Assembly (NCBI RefSeq): GCF_018350175.1
Contig: NC_058368.1
Span: forward strand, 165,542,001-165,606,000
DNA: 64,000 nucleotides
From: Felis catus
Lineage: Eukaryota
Direction of reading: 5' to 3'
A model generated the notes under the pieces. It was not told the origin of the DNA. It made no database searches and was given only the letters and a program-made list of their open reading frames with translations. The translations under genes were made by a program, and so were the position numbers. Numbering within the stretch: position 1 is the first letter of the stretch; each line of letters starts with the position of its first letter. Shown piece by piece: positions 48,969-61,800 of this stretch.

Positions 48969-51900
48969 ATGATTCTAAACCCATATCTTTCTATAATAAC
49001 ACTGAATGTAAATGTACTAAATGCACCAACCAAAAGATATAGGGTATCACAATGGATAAACAAACAAGACCCATCTATTTGCTGTCTACAAGAGACTCAT
49101 TTTAGACCTGAGGACACCTTCAGATTGAGAGTGAGGGGATGGAGAACTATTTATCATGCTACTGGAAGTCAAAAGAAAGCTGGAGTAGCCATACTTATAT
49201 CAGACAAACTAGACTTTAAAATAAAGGCTGTAACAAGAGATGAAGAAGGGCATTATATAATAATCACAGGGTCTATCCATCAGGAAGAGCTAACAATTAT
49301 AAATGTCTATGAACTGAATACGGGAGCCCCCAAATATATAAAACAATTAGTCACAAACATAAGCAACCCTATTGATAAGAATGTGGTAATTGCAGGGGAC
49401 TTTAACACCACTTACAGAAATGGATACATCATCTAGACACACGGTCAATAAAGAAAGAAGAGCCATGAATGATACATTGGACCAGATGGACTACCAGACA
49501 TATTTAGAACTCTGCATCCCAAAGCAACAGAATATACTTTCTTCTCAAGTGCACATGGAACATTCTCCAAGATAGATCACATACTGGGTCACAAAACAGC
49601 CCTTCATAAGTATACAAGAATTGAGATCATGCATACTTTCAGACCACAATGCTATGAAGCTTGAAATCAACCACAGGAAAAAGTCCGGAAAACCTCCAAA
49701 AGCATGGACGTTAAAGAACACCCTACTAAAGAATGAATGGGTCAACCAGGCAATTCGAGAAGAAATTAAAAAATATCTGGAAACAAATGAAAATGAAAAT
49801 ACGACAATCCAAAAACTTTGGGATGCAGTGAAGGCAGTCCTGAGAGGAAAATACATTGCAATCCAGGCCTATCTCAAGAAACAAGAAAAATCCCAAAAAC
49901 AAAATCTAACAGCACACCTAAAGGAAATAGAAGCAGAACAGCAAAGACAGCCTAAACCCAGCAGAAGAAGAGAAATAATAAAGATGAGAGCAGAAATAAA
50001 CAATATAGAATCTAAAAAAACTGTAGAGCAGATCAATGAAACCAAGAGTTGGTTTTTTGAAAAAATAAACAAAATTGATAAGCCTCTCGCCAGGATTCTC
50101 AAAAAGAAAAGGGAAATGACCCAAAATAAATAAAATCATGAATGAAAATGGAATGATTACAACCAATCCCTCAGAGATACAAGCAATTATCAGGGAATAC
50201 TATGAAAAATTATATGCCAACAAATTGGACAACCTGGAAGAAATGGACAAATTCCTAAGCACACACACGCTTCCAAAACTCAATCAGGAAGAAATAGAAA
50301 GCTTGAACAGACCCATAACCAGCAAAGAAATTGAATCAGTCATCAAAAATCTCCCAACAAATAAGAGTCCAGGACCAGATGGCTTCCCTGGGGAATTCTA
50401 CCAGACATTTAAAGCAGAGATAATACCTATTCTTCTCAAGCTGTTCCAAAAATAGAAAGGGAAGGAAAACTTCCAGACTCATTCTATGAAGCCAGCATGA
50501 CCTTGATTCCTAAACCAGAAAGAGGCCCAGCCAAAAAAGAGACTTACAGACCAATATGCCTGATGAATATGGATGCAAAAATTCTCAATAAGATATTAGC
50601 AAATCGAATTCAACAGCATATAAAAAGAATTATTCACCATGATCAACTGGGATTCATTCCTGGGCTGCAGGGCTGTTTCCACATTCACAAATCAATCAAC
50701 GTGATACACCACATTAATAAAAGAAAAGATAAGAACCATATGATCCTGTCAATCGATGCAGAAAAAGCATTTAACAAAATGCAGCATCCTTTCTTAATAA
50801 AAGCCCTCGAGAAAGTCAGGATAGAAGGAACATACTTAAACATCATAAAAGCCATTTATGAAAAGCCCACAGCTAACATCATACGCAATGGGGAAAAACT
50901 GAGAGCTCTTTCCCTGAGATCAGGAACATGACAGGGATGTCCACTCTCACCGCTGTTGTTTAACATAGTGTTGGAAGTGCTAGCATCAGCAATCAGACAA
51001 CAAAAGGAAATCAAAGGCATCAAAATTAGCAAAGATGAAGTTAAGCTTTCACTTTTTGCAGACGAAATGATACTATACATGGAAAATCCCATAGACTTCA
51101 CCAAAAGTCTGCTAGAACTGATACATGAATTCAGCAAAGTTGCAGGATACAAAATCAATGTACAGAAATCAGTTGCATTATTATACACTAAAAATGAAGC
51201 AACAGAAAGACAAGTAAAGAAACTGAACCCATTCACAATTGCACCAGGAAGCATAAAATACCTAGGGATAAATGTAACCAAAGATGTAAAAGATCTGTAT
51301 GCTGAAAACTATAGAAAGCTTAGGAAGGAAATTGAAGAAGATATAAAGACATGGAAAAACATTCCATGCTCATGGGTTGGAAGAATAAATATTGTCAAAA
51401 TGTCAATACTACTCAAAGCTATCTACATATTCAATGCAATCCCAATCAAAATTGCACCAGCATTCTTCTCGAAACTAGAACCAGCAATCCTAAAATTCCT
51501 ATGGAACCACAAAAGGCCCCGAATAGCCAAAGTAATTTTGAAGAAGACCAAAGCAGGAGGCATCACAATCCCAGACTTTAGCCTCTACTACAAAGCTGTC
51601 ATCATCAAGACAGCATGGTATTGGCACAAAAACAGACACATAGACCAATGGAATAGAATAGAAACCCCAGAACTAGACCCACAAACATATGGCCAACTAA
51701 TCTTTGACAAAGCAGGAAAGAACATCCAATGGAAAAAAGACAGTCTCTTTAACCAATGGTGCTGGGAGAACTGGACAGCAACATGCAGAAGATTGAAACT
51801 AGACCACATTCTCACACCATTCACAAAAAAAAACTCAAAATGGATAAAGGACCTGATTTTGAGACAGGAAACCATCAAGACCCTAGAGGAGAAAGCAGGA

Positions 51901-52774
51901 AAAGACCTGTCTGACCTCAGCCGTAGCAATTTCTTACTTGACACATCCCCAAAGGCAAGGGAATTAAAAGCAAAAATCATTTCCTGGGACCTTATGAAGA
52001 TAAAAAGCTTCTGCACAGCAAAGGAAACAACCAACAAAACTAAAAGGCAACCAACAGAATAGGAAAAGGTATTTGCAAATGACATATCAGAAAAAGGCTA
52101 GTATTCAAAATCTATAAAAAGCTCACCAAACTCCACACCCGAAAAACAAATAACCCAGTGAAGAAATGGGCAGAAAACATGAATAGACACTTCTCTAAAG
52201 AAGACATCCGGATGGCCAACAGGCACATGAAAAGATGCTCAACGTCGCTCCTGATCAAGGAAATACAAATCAAAACCACACTCAGATATCACCTCACGCC
52301 AGTCAGAGTGGCCAAAATGAACAAATCAGGAGACTATAGATGCTGGAGAGGATGTGAGGAAATGGGAACCCTCTTGCACTGTTGGTGGGAATGCAAATTG
52401 GTGCAGCCACTCTGGAAAACAGTGTGGAGGTTCCTCAAAAAATTAAAAAGAGACCTACCCTATGACCCAGCAGTAGCACTGCTAGGAATTTACCCAAGGG
52501 AGTACTGATGCATAGGGGCACTTGTGCCCCAATGTTTATAGCAGCACTCTCAATAATAGCCAAATTATGGAAAGAGCCTAAATGTCCATCAACTGATGAA
52601 TGGATAAAGAAATCGTGGTTTATATACACAATGGAGTACTAAGTGGCAATGAGAAAGAATGAAATATGGCCCTTTGTAGCAACATGGATGAAACTGGAGA
52701 GTGTGATGCTAAGTGAAATAAGCCAAACAGAGAAAGACAGATACCATATGTTTTCACTCTTATGTGGATCCTGA
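48969..52774 (+). pseudogene. L1 ORF2p (APE endonuclease plus reverse transcriptase), disrupted
   Basis: Motifs LSIITLNVN…CCLQETH…[53 protein letters not shown]. The RT catalytic motif reads FADE instead of FADD. Stops at 50131, 50929 and 52060, plus several frameshifts. Confidence 0.97.
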
Positions 52775-53012
52775 GACACTTAACAGAAACCCATGGGGGA
52801 GGGGAAGGAAAAAAAAGAGGTTAGAGTGGGAGAGAGCCAAAGCATAAGAGACTCTTAAAAACTGAGAACAACCTGAGGGTTGATGGGGGGTAGGAGGGAA
52901 GGGAGGGTGGGTGATGGGTATTGAGGTGGGCACCTTTTGGGATGAGCACTGGCTGTTGTATGGAAACCAATTTGACAATAAATTTCATATATTGAAAAAT
53001 AAATAAATAAAA

Positions 53013-53052
<40 letters not shown>

Positions 53053-53910
53053 AATAAAAAAAAATCCAACTCTTGATATCAGCATAGGTCATGATCTCAT
53101 GGTTTGTGATTTTGAGCCCTGCTGGGGTTCTGCTGAGGCTGATAATGTGTAGCCTGCTTGGGATTTCCATCTCCTTCTCTCTGCCTCTCCCTTGCTCTCT
53201 CTCGCCCTCTCTCTCTTTTAAAATAAATAAATAAACTTTAAAAATAAAACAAAATGTGTTATGTGTTTTTTTTTCACTTTCCAATCATTTTCAATTTATT
53301 ATTTGTAAGTTCCAACATGTGGTATCACTACAAATCTTACAAGAATTTATACATTTTCATATATGCTGATGATAAATAACTATTATGAATTCAGAATATC
53401 CTAAATTCCTATTTGTACTTTTTCCTAGTACATTGCTGTAAAGTGTATTTCAAAAGTGACTAATACAAGTAGCTCATAAAAATCTGGGTATTGCTGAGTG
53501 TCAAGGTAGACAGGTAGCTTCCTATAAAGTGGCATTTACTGTGATCAATTATTAGTGTTAAATTTAGGCTTTGGTTCCCAGAATTTACCCATAAATTTAA
53601 TTTTGTCATTATTACAGATTTGATTAGAATTAGCTATGCTAATATATGCTACTACAGTCACAAATAGTAATGTTTAAAATCAGTTTAGCCACTTATTAAT
53701 TTATAATTTATAACTGCTAAGTAAACTGGTTAATCTGGTTATCTCTCTTGGAAAAGAAACTTCATGAAAATAATACTTGATGAGCTTGAAAACAAAATAT
53801 GGAGAATTCTTTATATAAGTTGAATGTTCAATAGGATTAGGCCATTAGGTACTTATAGATTAATACTTACAAGAAGGTAGCCAGCTACAGAAAATAATAT
53901 GTTATTTTAT

Positions 53911-54085
53911 GGATTGCCTGAGTGGCTCAGCTGGTTAAGCATCCACCTCTTGATTTCTGCTCAAGTCATTAATTTACAGTTCATGAGATCAAGCCCCATG
54001 TCAGGCTATGCACTCATGGTGCAGAGCCTGTTTAGGATTTTCTCTCTCCCTCTCTCTCTCTCAAAATAAAAAAATAAACTCAAAA
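53911..54085 (+). mobile_element. Can-SINE
   Basis: SINE body with approximate TSD aaaataata(t/c)g(t/c)tatttt. Confidence 0.92.
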
Positions 54086-56794
54086 AATAATACGCTATTT
54101 TCCTAGAAAGGTACATACCTCTTTTGTAACATTTGTTACATTATATTAAAAGTCTCCCGTTAGACAATATGTTCCCTCTATTTGACTGCAGGCTCCTCAG
54201 GAACTTTTAAAAATATGTCTGTCAAATTGAAAAATATGAATGTTTTTAATATAGTAGCCAAACAATAAATGTTGAACAAAACTTGGTGGTTCTAAAATAA
54301 GTTCACAAATGTTAGCCTCCTGAATTCTTCCACATATCTTATTCTCCTATAGCATTCACAATTCCATTTAAGTATTATAGACTCAGAAGTCTTAGAACAA
54401 AGAAATCATTTTTATATTATCTATGCTAAAATTTCCAGAGTATATTTAATCGTGGGATCATTTTTTTGTTTGGGCATTTAATAAATAGAGATCACAACGT
54501 GATAATCAACTGGTGGGATCTGCCTCAGAGATGTGCTTTCTAATGATTTGCTAATATTTGAGAATTATGAAATTCCACAAACTTTTAAAATATTCATTTT
54601 TTCTTAAAAAATGTTGACTGGCAATATTCAGTACAAATCCATCATGACAACAATCACATAGGGTTGAATACTAGCCACTTGTTTTAGAAAGAGAATACAG
54701 AGAATAAGGAGAATAAACTTTCATGTCCCCCAGACTTCTCAGTAATCTTGATTATATGGTATTTCTCCAGACATACTCACTTATGATATTGTCTGACAGT
54801 TGTGTTTGTGATTCATATAATTTAACAATATGAAATAATACAATTTCATAGAACTTGATTTGTGAAACTATGGAGCAGATAATCCCCATGATTTCTTAAA
54901 GCATGGAAGATCTGTGACCACAGATCTTCTCTTTGTAAGTACAGTGAAATATTTTTTTATGAGAAAATTCAAAAAGGATGAAATTAAGCAGGGAGGCCAA
55001 GATAAAACATGCTGTCCAGGGTGAATCCCAGAGTAGCTGCCCAACACTGCTCTGCCTTTTTTGTTGACGAAGTTCTACTTGTTTCAGATAAGTACTTTGC
55101 TCTTTGCTTCAGTGGAAAATTATGAAAATGGACTCAGGTATCCAGACCCGTGTGTATTACTTAAGGCTGAGTCTAGAGGTCTCACATATGGAGGTTGGAT
55201 CTTCATCTTGTTTGTGATCCAGTCATGTGGGACTTTGAGAATCTCAAAAATACAAACTAAAACAAACGTCCTAGCTAAGATTATAAAGAAATGTGAAAAA
55301 AATGAGTGTATGCATGCAAAAGAACTGAACAGATAATTACCACTTTTTAAATCAAAATATGTAGTGATGTGAGTCAAAGTGATTTGGTTATTATCCTCTT
55401 TTCTTACCCCAACTAAACTTCCTTAAACATCAGATAAGTGTTGCAGGATTAATTTGTTCTCTGTTGCTGCAAGTACTACCCTAATTATGGAAACAGTTTT
55501 CATAGTTCAGCAGCTGAGGTATGGAAGAAAACAAACTAAAAGATAACAAAGGACCAGTCAGAAACTCCAGGAGTAAATCTAACAGACTGGTCTGACAGTT
55601 GTCACCTTTCCTGCCTTTGTTTTTCTTGTCCTCTCCCTCCTTCTTCTCTTTTTGCTTCCCCCTTGTTTCCCTCCTTCTTTCCCCTCCTTCTTTCCTGTCT
55701 TTTATTCCTTTACACACGTTAAGACTAGATGTTTCCTGTATGCCAGAACTGGTTTGGGGCACTGACAGTGAGATTGTACCTTGCAGGCATTTAAGGAAGT
55801 ATTAGAAATGGCACATTCAAGGCAGACCAACTGCTGCACATCTCATCTGGGATTTAGCACATACAGAAAGGCCTCTGGTTAGAATCCAGGGACTGTGTCT
55901 CTTGATTTTATCTTTGGCTGTTATGAATGAACCAGAATTGTTTTTGAAGACTGAAAATTCCCATGGGAATGTCCAGTGCCCATCAATGACCCAGAAACTT
56001 GATGCTTTCTATAATGTTAATCAGTTAATTATATATCTTCTCATAAGTTTGAATTAATGTTCTGGGCAAAGAAAGGAGGCTGAAACTTGCCATGCCCTCA
56101 ATATTTCTAGGAATGGAACAATAACAGTTTTTTTTAGTAGTGCTGTTAATAAATTCAACAATTTTGCTTGATTGTCAATTTTGGAAAGAGTTTATTATCT
56201 TCATCACCATTAGACTATAAATTTAGGAAAAAATATTCATTTAAACAGAAAGAATATTAGCCCTATTTTACCTTTGAGTTATATAGTATTTGAGTTCTAT
56301 AAGTATTCAAATATAAGAATAGTTATGAACAATAACTATGCATGATCCACTCTTATAGAAAATAAGAGAGGGTAGACGGAACACACCTGAATGATAGAGA
56401 TGGTTAATTACCTACATGCTATCAATTATATTTGTCACTCCCTACTTAATAATAGTTAAAGGCTGAGTAAAAAATGATTGCTATTTAAAATTGGATTCAT
56501 TTTCCAATAGTGATCATAAGCTCCACCAAATATTAAGAGACAACTAGCAACTTGGGTTGTGTGAAATTTTATAATTTACCCTACTGTAACATAAACAATT
56601 GATGCATATTTAAATATAAATAATTGATGAAATCAAGGTGGTATGGTAGTTTGCTACCTATATAATTAGGATCTAATTACATTCAAATAATTCAAATGGT
56701 TTTTGAAACAAGAAAACATTAGATTTAGCAATTATATATCAATATTTTAATTTGAGGTTAAGCTTTCTTATTGTCTCTAAAACAAAATTTCACT

Positions 56795-56985
56795 GAGGCG
56801 CCTGGTGTCTCAGTTAAGTCCAACTTTTGGTTTTGCCTCAGGTCATGATCTCCCAGTTCATGAGTTCAAGCTGCACATTGGTCTCTGTGCTGACAGTGCA
56901 CAGCCTACTTGGGATTCTCTCTCTCCCTCCCCACTAATTCTCTCTCTCTCATACAACAAATAAACTTTAAAAATACTTAAAAAAT
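56795..56985 (+). mobile_element. Can-SINE
   Basis: gaggcgcctgg…tcaggtcatgatctc…gagttcaagc…CT tract, A-tail. Confidence 0.92.
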
Positions 56986-57180
56986 AAAATGAAACTCCAT
57001 ATGATACATAAAATTCAATTTACATGCTATTATTAAATACTTTAAGGAATAAAATTCATTATATTTAACTTTAATGAAGTTGAAGGTATACAAGAAAATC
57101 CTTGTTATACTTGGAACATCATTTGTGAATACAGTTATAGATATTCACTCTTCATGGAAGAGGACATGTTTTAAATGTGC

Positions 57181-57870
57181 TTTTTAATTTTTAAAATGGA
57201 GCATGTTACAGTGAACAACAAAATGGCATACAATATATTCACAACGTGTGCAACCACCACCTCTATCTACTTTTGTCAAGGACTGAATTGCTCCCATATT
57301 CAAATGTTGGAGCTCTAATATCATTGTAACTATATTTGGAGATAGAGTGCTTAAGGAAGTAATCAAGGTTAAATGTGGTCATAAGGGTATAGCTTAGTAA
57401 TCCAGTAGGACTGGTGTCCTTATAAGAAAAGGAAGAGACACCAGGTGTGTGCATGCACAGAAAGAAAGGTCATATGAGGGCACACCTATAAGGCCGTCGT
57501 CTGCAAGCCAGAGAGAATGTTCTTACTAGACCAACTCTGTGGACAAATTGATCATGGATGTGTAGCCTCCAGAATTGTGAGAAATACAGTCCTGTTGTTT
57601 AAGTCACCCAGTTTATGGCATCTTTTACAGCATCCTGAGAAGACTAATACAAGTTCCAAAATATTTACAACACCCTAAAAAAAGCACTGATACCCATTAA
57701 GCCATTACTCGCTATTCCCAGTCTGTGCCAATCACCAGTCTGGTATCTCTACAGACTTACCTGTTTTGGATATTTAACATAATATAAAATACATATGACT
57801 TTTATTCTGGTTTTCTTCACTTAATATCATGTTTTGGAATTCACCCATGTTGTCACGTGTATCAATACTT
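57181..57870 (-). mobile_element. Old L1 (L1MB-like) 3' end, split by an MLT1 LTR
   Basis: tatattcacaacgtgtgcaaccaccacctctatcta is followed, after the LTR, by gttccaaaatattt…cttcacttaatatcatgttttggaattcacccatgttgt. Confidence 0.75.
57274..57651 (+). mobile_element. MaLR solo LTR (MLT1A/B-like)
   Basis: gactgaattg…tatttggagatag…ggactggtgtccttataagaaaagg…gcctccagaattgtgaga…gactaataca. Confidence 0.85.
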
Positions 57871-57871
57871 T

Positions 57872-58645
57872 TTAAGGGTTTCGTTGTATTCTCAAACAAG
57901 ATATGTTGAAATCTTCATGTCTAGTATATCAGGAAGTGGCTTTATTTGAAATAGGGTCATTGCACATGTATTCAGTTAAAATAAGGTTATACTGGAGTAG
58001 GGTGGACCCTTAGCCCAATATCATTGATGGCCTTTATAGCAGACAATGTGAAGTCATAGAGAGAGACTGAAGTTAGGCAGTTATAAGCCAAGAAATGTCA
58101 AGGATTTCTGGCAACAGCAGAAGCTATGAGAAAGATATGTAACATATTTTTTCCTAGAGACTTCAAGAGAGCATGGCCCTGACAATTCCTTGATATCTTC
58201 TAGTTTCTAGAATTGGGTTAGAGAATATACTCCTGTTTTATTAGGCCACTCTGTTTATGGTACTTTGTTATGGCATCCCTAAGAAAGTACTACAGGTTTT
58301 GGTAGTGGGAAGTAGGGTACTACAACAAATACCTAGAAATGGGAAGTGGTATTGGATTTAGGTAATGGTGGTGACTGGAAGAGTTTTGAGGCGCATTATA
58401 GAAAAGGACTACATTGCCTTGAAAAGACTGTTTATAGAAATATGGATGTTAATAAGACGTTAATAGTGAAGTCTCAGAAAGAAAAAAAGAGGACGCATCT
58501 AACAGATACATCATAATGAATATAAGATTGCTAGAAATATAAATATTAAAAGTGTTGCTGGTGAGATCTAAGGCAGATGACGAACAATGTGATTAAAACT
58601 GGAGGAAAGATGCTTTTTGTTACAGGTGACAGAGGACTTGAATGA
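57872..58645 (+). mobile_element. MLT1C-like LTR (to ~58293) followed by MLT1 internal sequence
   Basis: The LTR ends tttatggtactttgttatggcatccctaagaaagtactaca. It is followed by ggttttggtagtgggaagtaggg…gactggaagagttttgagg, the start of MaLR internal sequence. Confidence 0.8.
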
Positions 58646-58842
58646 TGCCAAAGATGAAGGTCCCTTATATATTCTGTCCATTTTTTACAGTTGTTTCCAA
58701 TGGGAGGACAAATATGATATCATTTGCTTTAACATGGTCACAGGCAGAGACCCAATTTTCAAATTAATGACAGTTACATAAAATTATTTTAAAATATTTA
58801 AACCACTCAGAGTTTTATACAGTTAAAAAGTATGATATCACC

Positions 58843-59000
58843 CTTTGTGAGTTCGAGTCCTGCATCAGGCTCTGTGCTGACAGCTCAGAGCCTGGAGCCT
58901 GCTTCAGATTCTCTGTCTCCCTCTCTCTCTGTCCCTCCCCTGCTCACACTGTGTGTGTCTCTCTCTCTCTCCCTCAAAAATAAATAAAGATTAAAAAAAA
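58843..59000 (+). mobile_element. 5'-truncated Can-SINE
   Basis: Starts at the B-box tttgtgagttcgagtcc; CT tract and A-tail present. Confidence 0.92.
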
Positions 59001-60001
59001 GAATTACTTGTCTTTGCTTCTTCATACTTGATTTGCTTGATTTTTTTTCTCAAGCTGCCTGCTTGTCACTAATTTCATTTTCAACAGGATTTATTTTACA
59101 TACCCGTGCTTCCAAACAAAAGGGCTTATTATAATATTCAATTTAACTTTTAAACTCTTTACCTTACTGTTCTTCAATTCTTGATTTCTTGTGAATTATT
59201 GACTTTTTTAGAGTCCATTTGTGTTTAATGTGTTTAGAACACAGATATATTTTGAAATATCTTTGGTCATGGTTGTATATATTATGTATTTTCTTTTGAT
59301 CCTTCCCCATACTTTGTTATTTTCTGTGTATTTGTGTGTGGAAGGGGATTTATAATCTCTGTGCATCTTGTTTGGATCACTTTTGCCTATTAATCATCTT
59401 TTAATGTAGATTGTTCCATTTGGATGTGTTACCTTTATTCTTTCCGAGTTATTATGAAAAGGATGTTCTAAAGATATATGAAGTGGTAGACGTGAAAGCT
59501 TAGATATTCCAGGTTAGAACATTTCTCACAGATGCTATAATCTTTTTCTTCACCTTCGTTTCGATTTTAGTTTTCTCATCTTGGATAAAAATATGTCCTA
59601 GTTAGTAGGATACTTTTATGTCTTCTTCGGTCATCATTATGTCAGCAATAACTCCTAACAAGCACACAGAAACTTCAGTAGTATTCTGAGTAATTTAATC
59701 TTGTATAAATCATGAGTTTAGTTTAAACAGCATACATACAGACCCACCTTCTAAAGTAGGTAACTAGTGAAATGTGTTTCACTATTTCCTTGTAGTCTAT
59801 AATTCCTGTCATATATTTGGAATAATATATAAAGCAAAAGTGGTAAAAGAAATATAAGGATGCTTTTAAAAACTATGGAAATATTTAGCATAGCTCTTTC
59901 AATCCCTGATTTGTATTGATTGAGTGGTCTAAAAATTAGCCTTTTACATACATGGAACTAAAATGAAGAATCACTGTATTTCTAGTAACTTAATAATCTT
60001 A

Positions 60002-60310
60002 TGTCAGCCAAGGTTTGAAAGAAAATAGATGATACATTCAAAAGGAGAATCTGAGAGAGTTTAATGAAGGGACTATTTAGAGTTCTAGTCAGGATTAAGA
60101 GAAACCAATAAGGTATGGAGCTAGGAATAGCAAACCTTTACTAATTTTAGGCGTGAGGCATTTGGGGAGGAAACATGGAGAGATGGAGCTAAAGGGAGAA
60201 ACAAGAATCCAAACAACTTTCTTTCCAATTCCTATTTTCCTGAAAACCTTAATGCCCAAGATCAAGGAAATCCAATTAATGCAAGTTGAGAGAACAGAAT
60301 ATTGTCAAGA
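60002..60310. mobile_element. Possible ancient ERVL-class LTR fragment
   Basis: gagagagtttaatgaagggactattta…gagaaaccaataagg resembles old LTR consensus sequences from memory. Confidence 0.35.
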
Positions 60311-60669
60311 ATGGGGATTGGAGATTAGGAAGTACAAATGGAGAATATGTTGCATAATCCATTTCACTGAACTGCCTAATTTATTTAGTGAGTCAATATT
60401 ATGCAGAAGTGTGAAGGCCCCAAAATCTGAACTCAGTATGGTGGATGGTTAAATAGGTAATCTTGGTGTATGTTTTTCGGTAGGAATAAGCTTGTATGAA
60501 CTTCTGGTTTCAAACAATATATTGACCTCTCTCATTTGGATAGCTTCTGTATTTATTGGAAGATGGCATTAGTTGGTTAGATGATTTGTTTTCCATGCGC
60601 ATGTCACATATGAAAGAAAATGTTATTTAAGCAACCATTGCTTATGATAAAGAACATTGAAAGCCAAAT

Positions 60670-60830
60670 GACTTAGTGGAAAGAAGAGCAAGGAATCCAA
60701 AATCCTGTTTTAAAGGCAGAGCTCTATGACTAACTAATCTTGATACATGCACACTCATTTCATCATGTACAGCCTCAATTTCCCTCATCTGGTAAAATGA
60801 GAACTTACCATCTCTACTACCTAGTTAATA
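60670..60830 (+). mobile_element. MIR fragment
   Basis: tagtggaaagaagagca…gcctcaatttccctcatctggtaaaatgag. Confidence 0.6.
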
Positions 60831-61299
60831 AACATTGTTTCTGTATAGAATTATTATTAAATTAACTAAAGTCTTAAATCAAAACTAATCCAAAATAAGC
60901 TCTGATGACTGATACATGAGAAATAATAAAATGAACAATTCAACTATAAAACAATTTTCTACAGGAATTTAATTTTTCAGAGATATTTAAAGTTGTCGTG
61001 GATAAAACCAACTTACTTCCACAGGATTTATTTCTATTATAGAAGAGAACTGCCAACTAATGGATGGGATATTTTATATTTCTAATATCTGTGTCTTAAA
61101 AACTTTTTTTCCCTGGCTTTCATTTTCTCTCAACAAAAGCCATGCAAAAAAAGATGACTGTCTGAAAAGTGGTATGTATTCCTGATGAAGTTAGTTTAGT
61201 TATGTGTAATTATGATTTATTTTGAAAGACTAATCAGTGCTAGAGTTGCTTTTGTTTTTACATTAGACTTCAGAAAACCTATTTGTCTCAGGACAATAG

Positions 61300-61800
61300 C
61301 AAAAGTGTAATTCAGAAGAACATAATACATTTTTGTAACATTTTAACTAGGTAATTTCATTCACAAGTCAGTTTATTGCAACATTATTTCCAAAATTAAA
61401 ATACTAACAACATCCTGAAAGTCCACAAGTGAAGAAATGATTCACTAAATCATGATTCCTAAACTATGCAAAATAAAGAAAAGTGAGATTTATATGTACT
61501 GGCTGAAAAATTATCCAAGACGAAGTATTGAAAAATAAGTAGCAAGTAATCTTGATTTTTATTAAAAATTAAAAGAGAGGAAGATAGAAAGCTAAATTAA
61601 CTGCTTGTACATTTATACAACATTAGGAAAAGAATGAAAATTCATATTCTTTATAGCATTACTTAAACACTATGGCTGGAAAAATTAATGAAGGAGGGAA
61701 GAATATTTTTCTTCATACACATTGCACTGTTTGGAATTGTTGTAAACAGCATATATTATTGTATAAGTTTTGAACATACAAAAATTATCATATAAATTAA
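61300..61800 (+). mobile_element. Ancient L1ME-type 3' end remnant
   Basis: gtttattgcaacattattt…acaacatcctgaaagtccac…tttgtaaacagcatatatta. Confidence 0.45.

Larger units (their letters stand above)
47190..53059 (+). mobile_element. Near full-length felid LINE-1 (~5.9 kb), inactive
   Basis: GC-rich 5' UTR, ORF1, ORF2, G-rich 3' UTR and (TAAA)n tail. 17-bp TSD aaaaatcca(c/a)ctcttga at 47173-47189 and 53060-53076. Confidence 0.98.
47142..53245 (+). mobile_element. Can-SINE split by L1: 5' part 47142-47189, 3' part 53060-53245
   Basis: ggggcacctgggtgttcagttggttaaaaatccacctcttga lies before the L1. aaaaatccaactcttgatatcagcataggtcatgatctc…(CT)n…A-tail lies after it. Confidence 0.93.

Noticed and set aside
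54908..54929. Perfect 10-bp palindrome aagatctgtg-ac-cacagatctt (similar short ones at ~27168 and ~54124)
   Set aside because: Short inverted repeats of this size can occur by chance in 64 kb of AT-rich DNA
55061..55377. Overlapping 91-aa and 85-aa ORFs
   Set aside because: No recognisable homology; lengths are compatible with chance
2141..59000. tRNA-like A/B boxes
   Set aside because: All lie in tRNA-derived SINE heads; no complete cloverleaf tRNA seen
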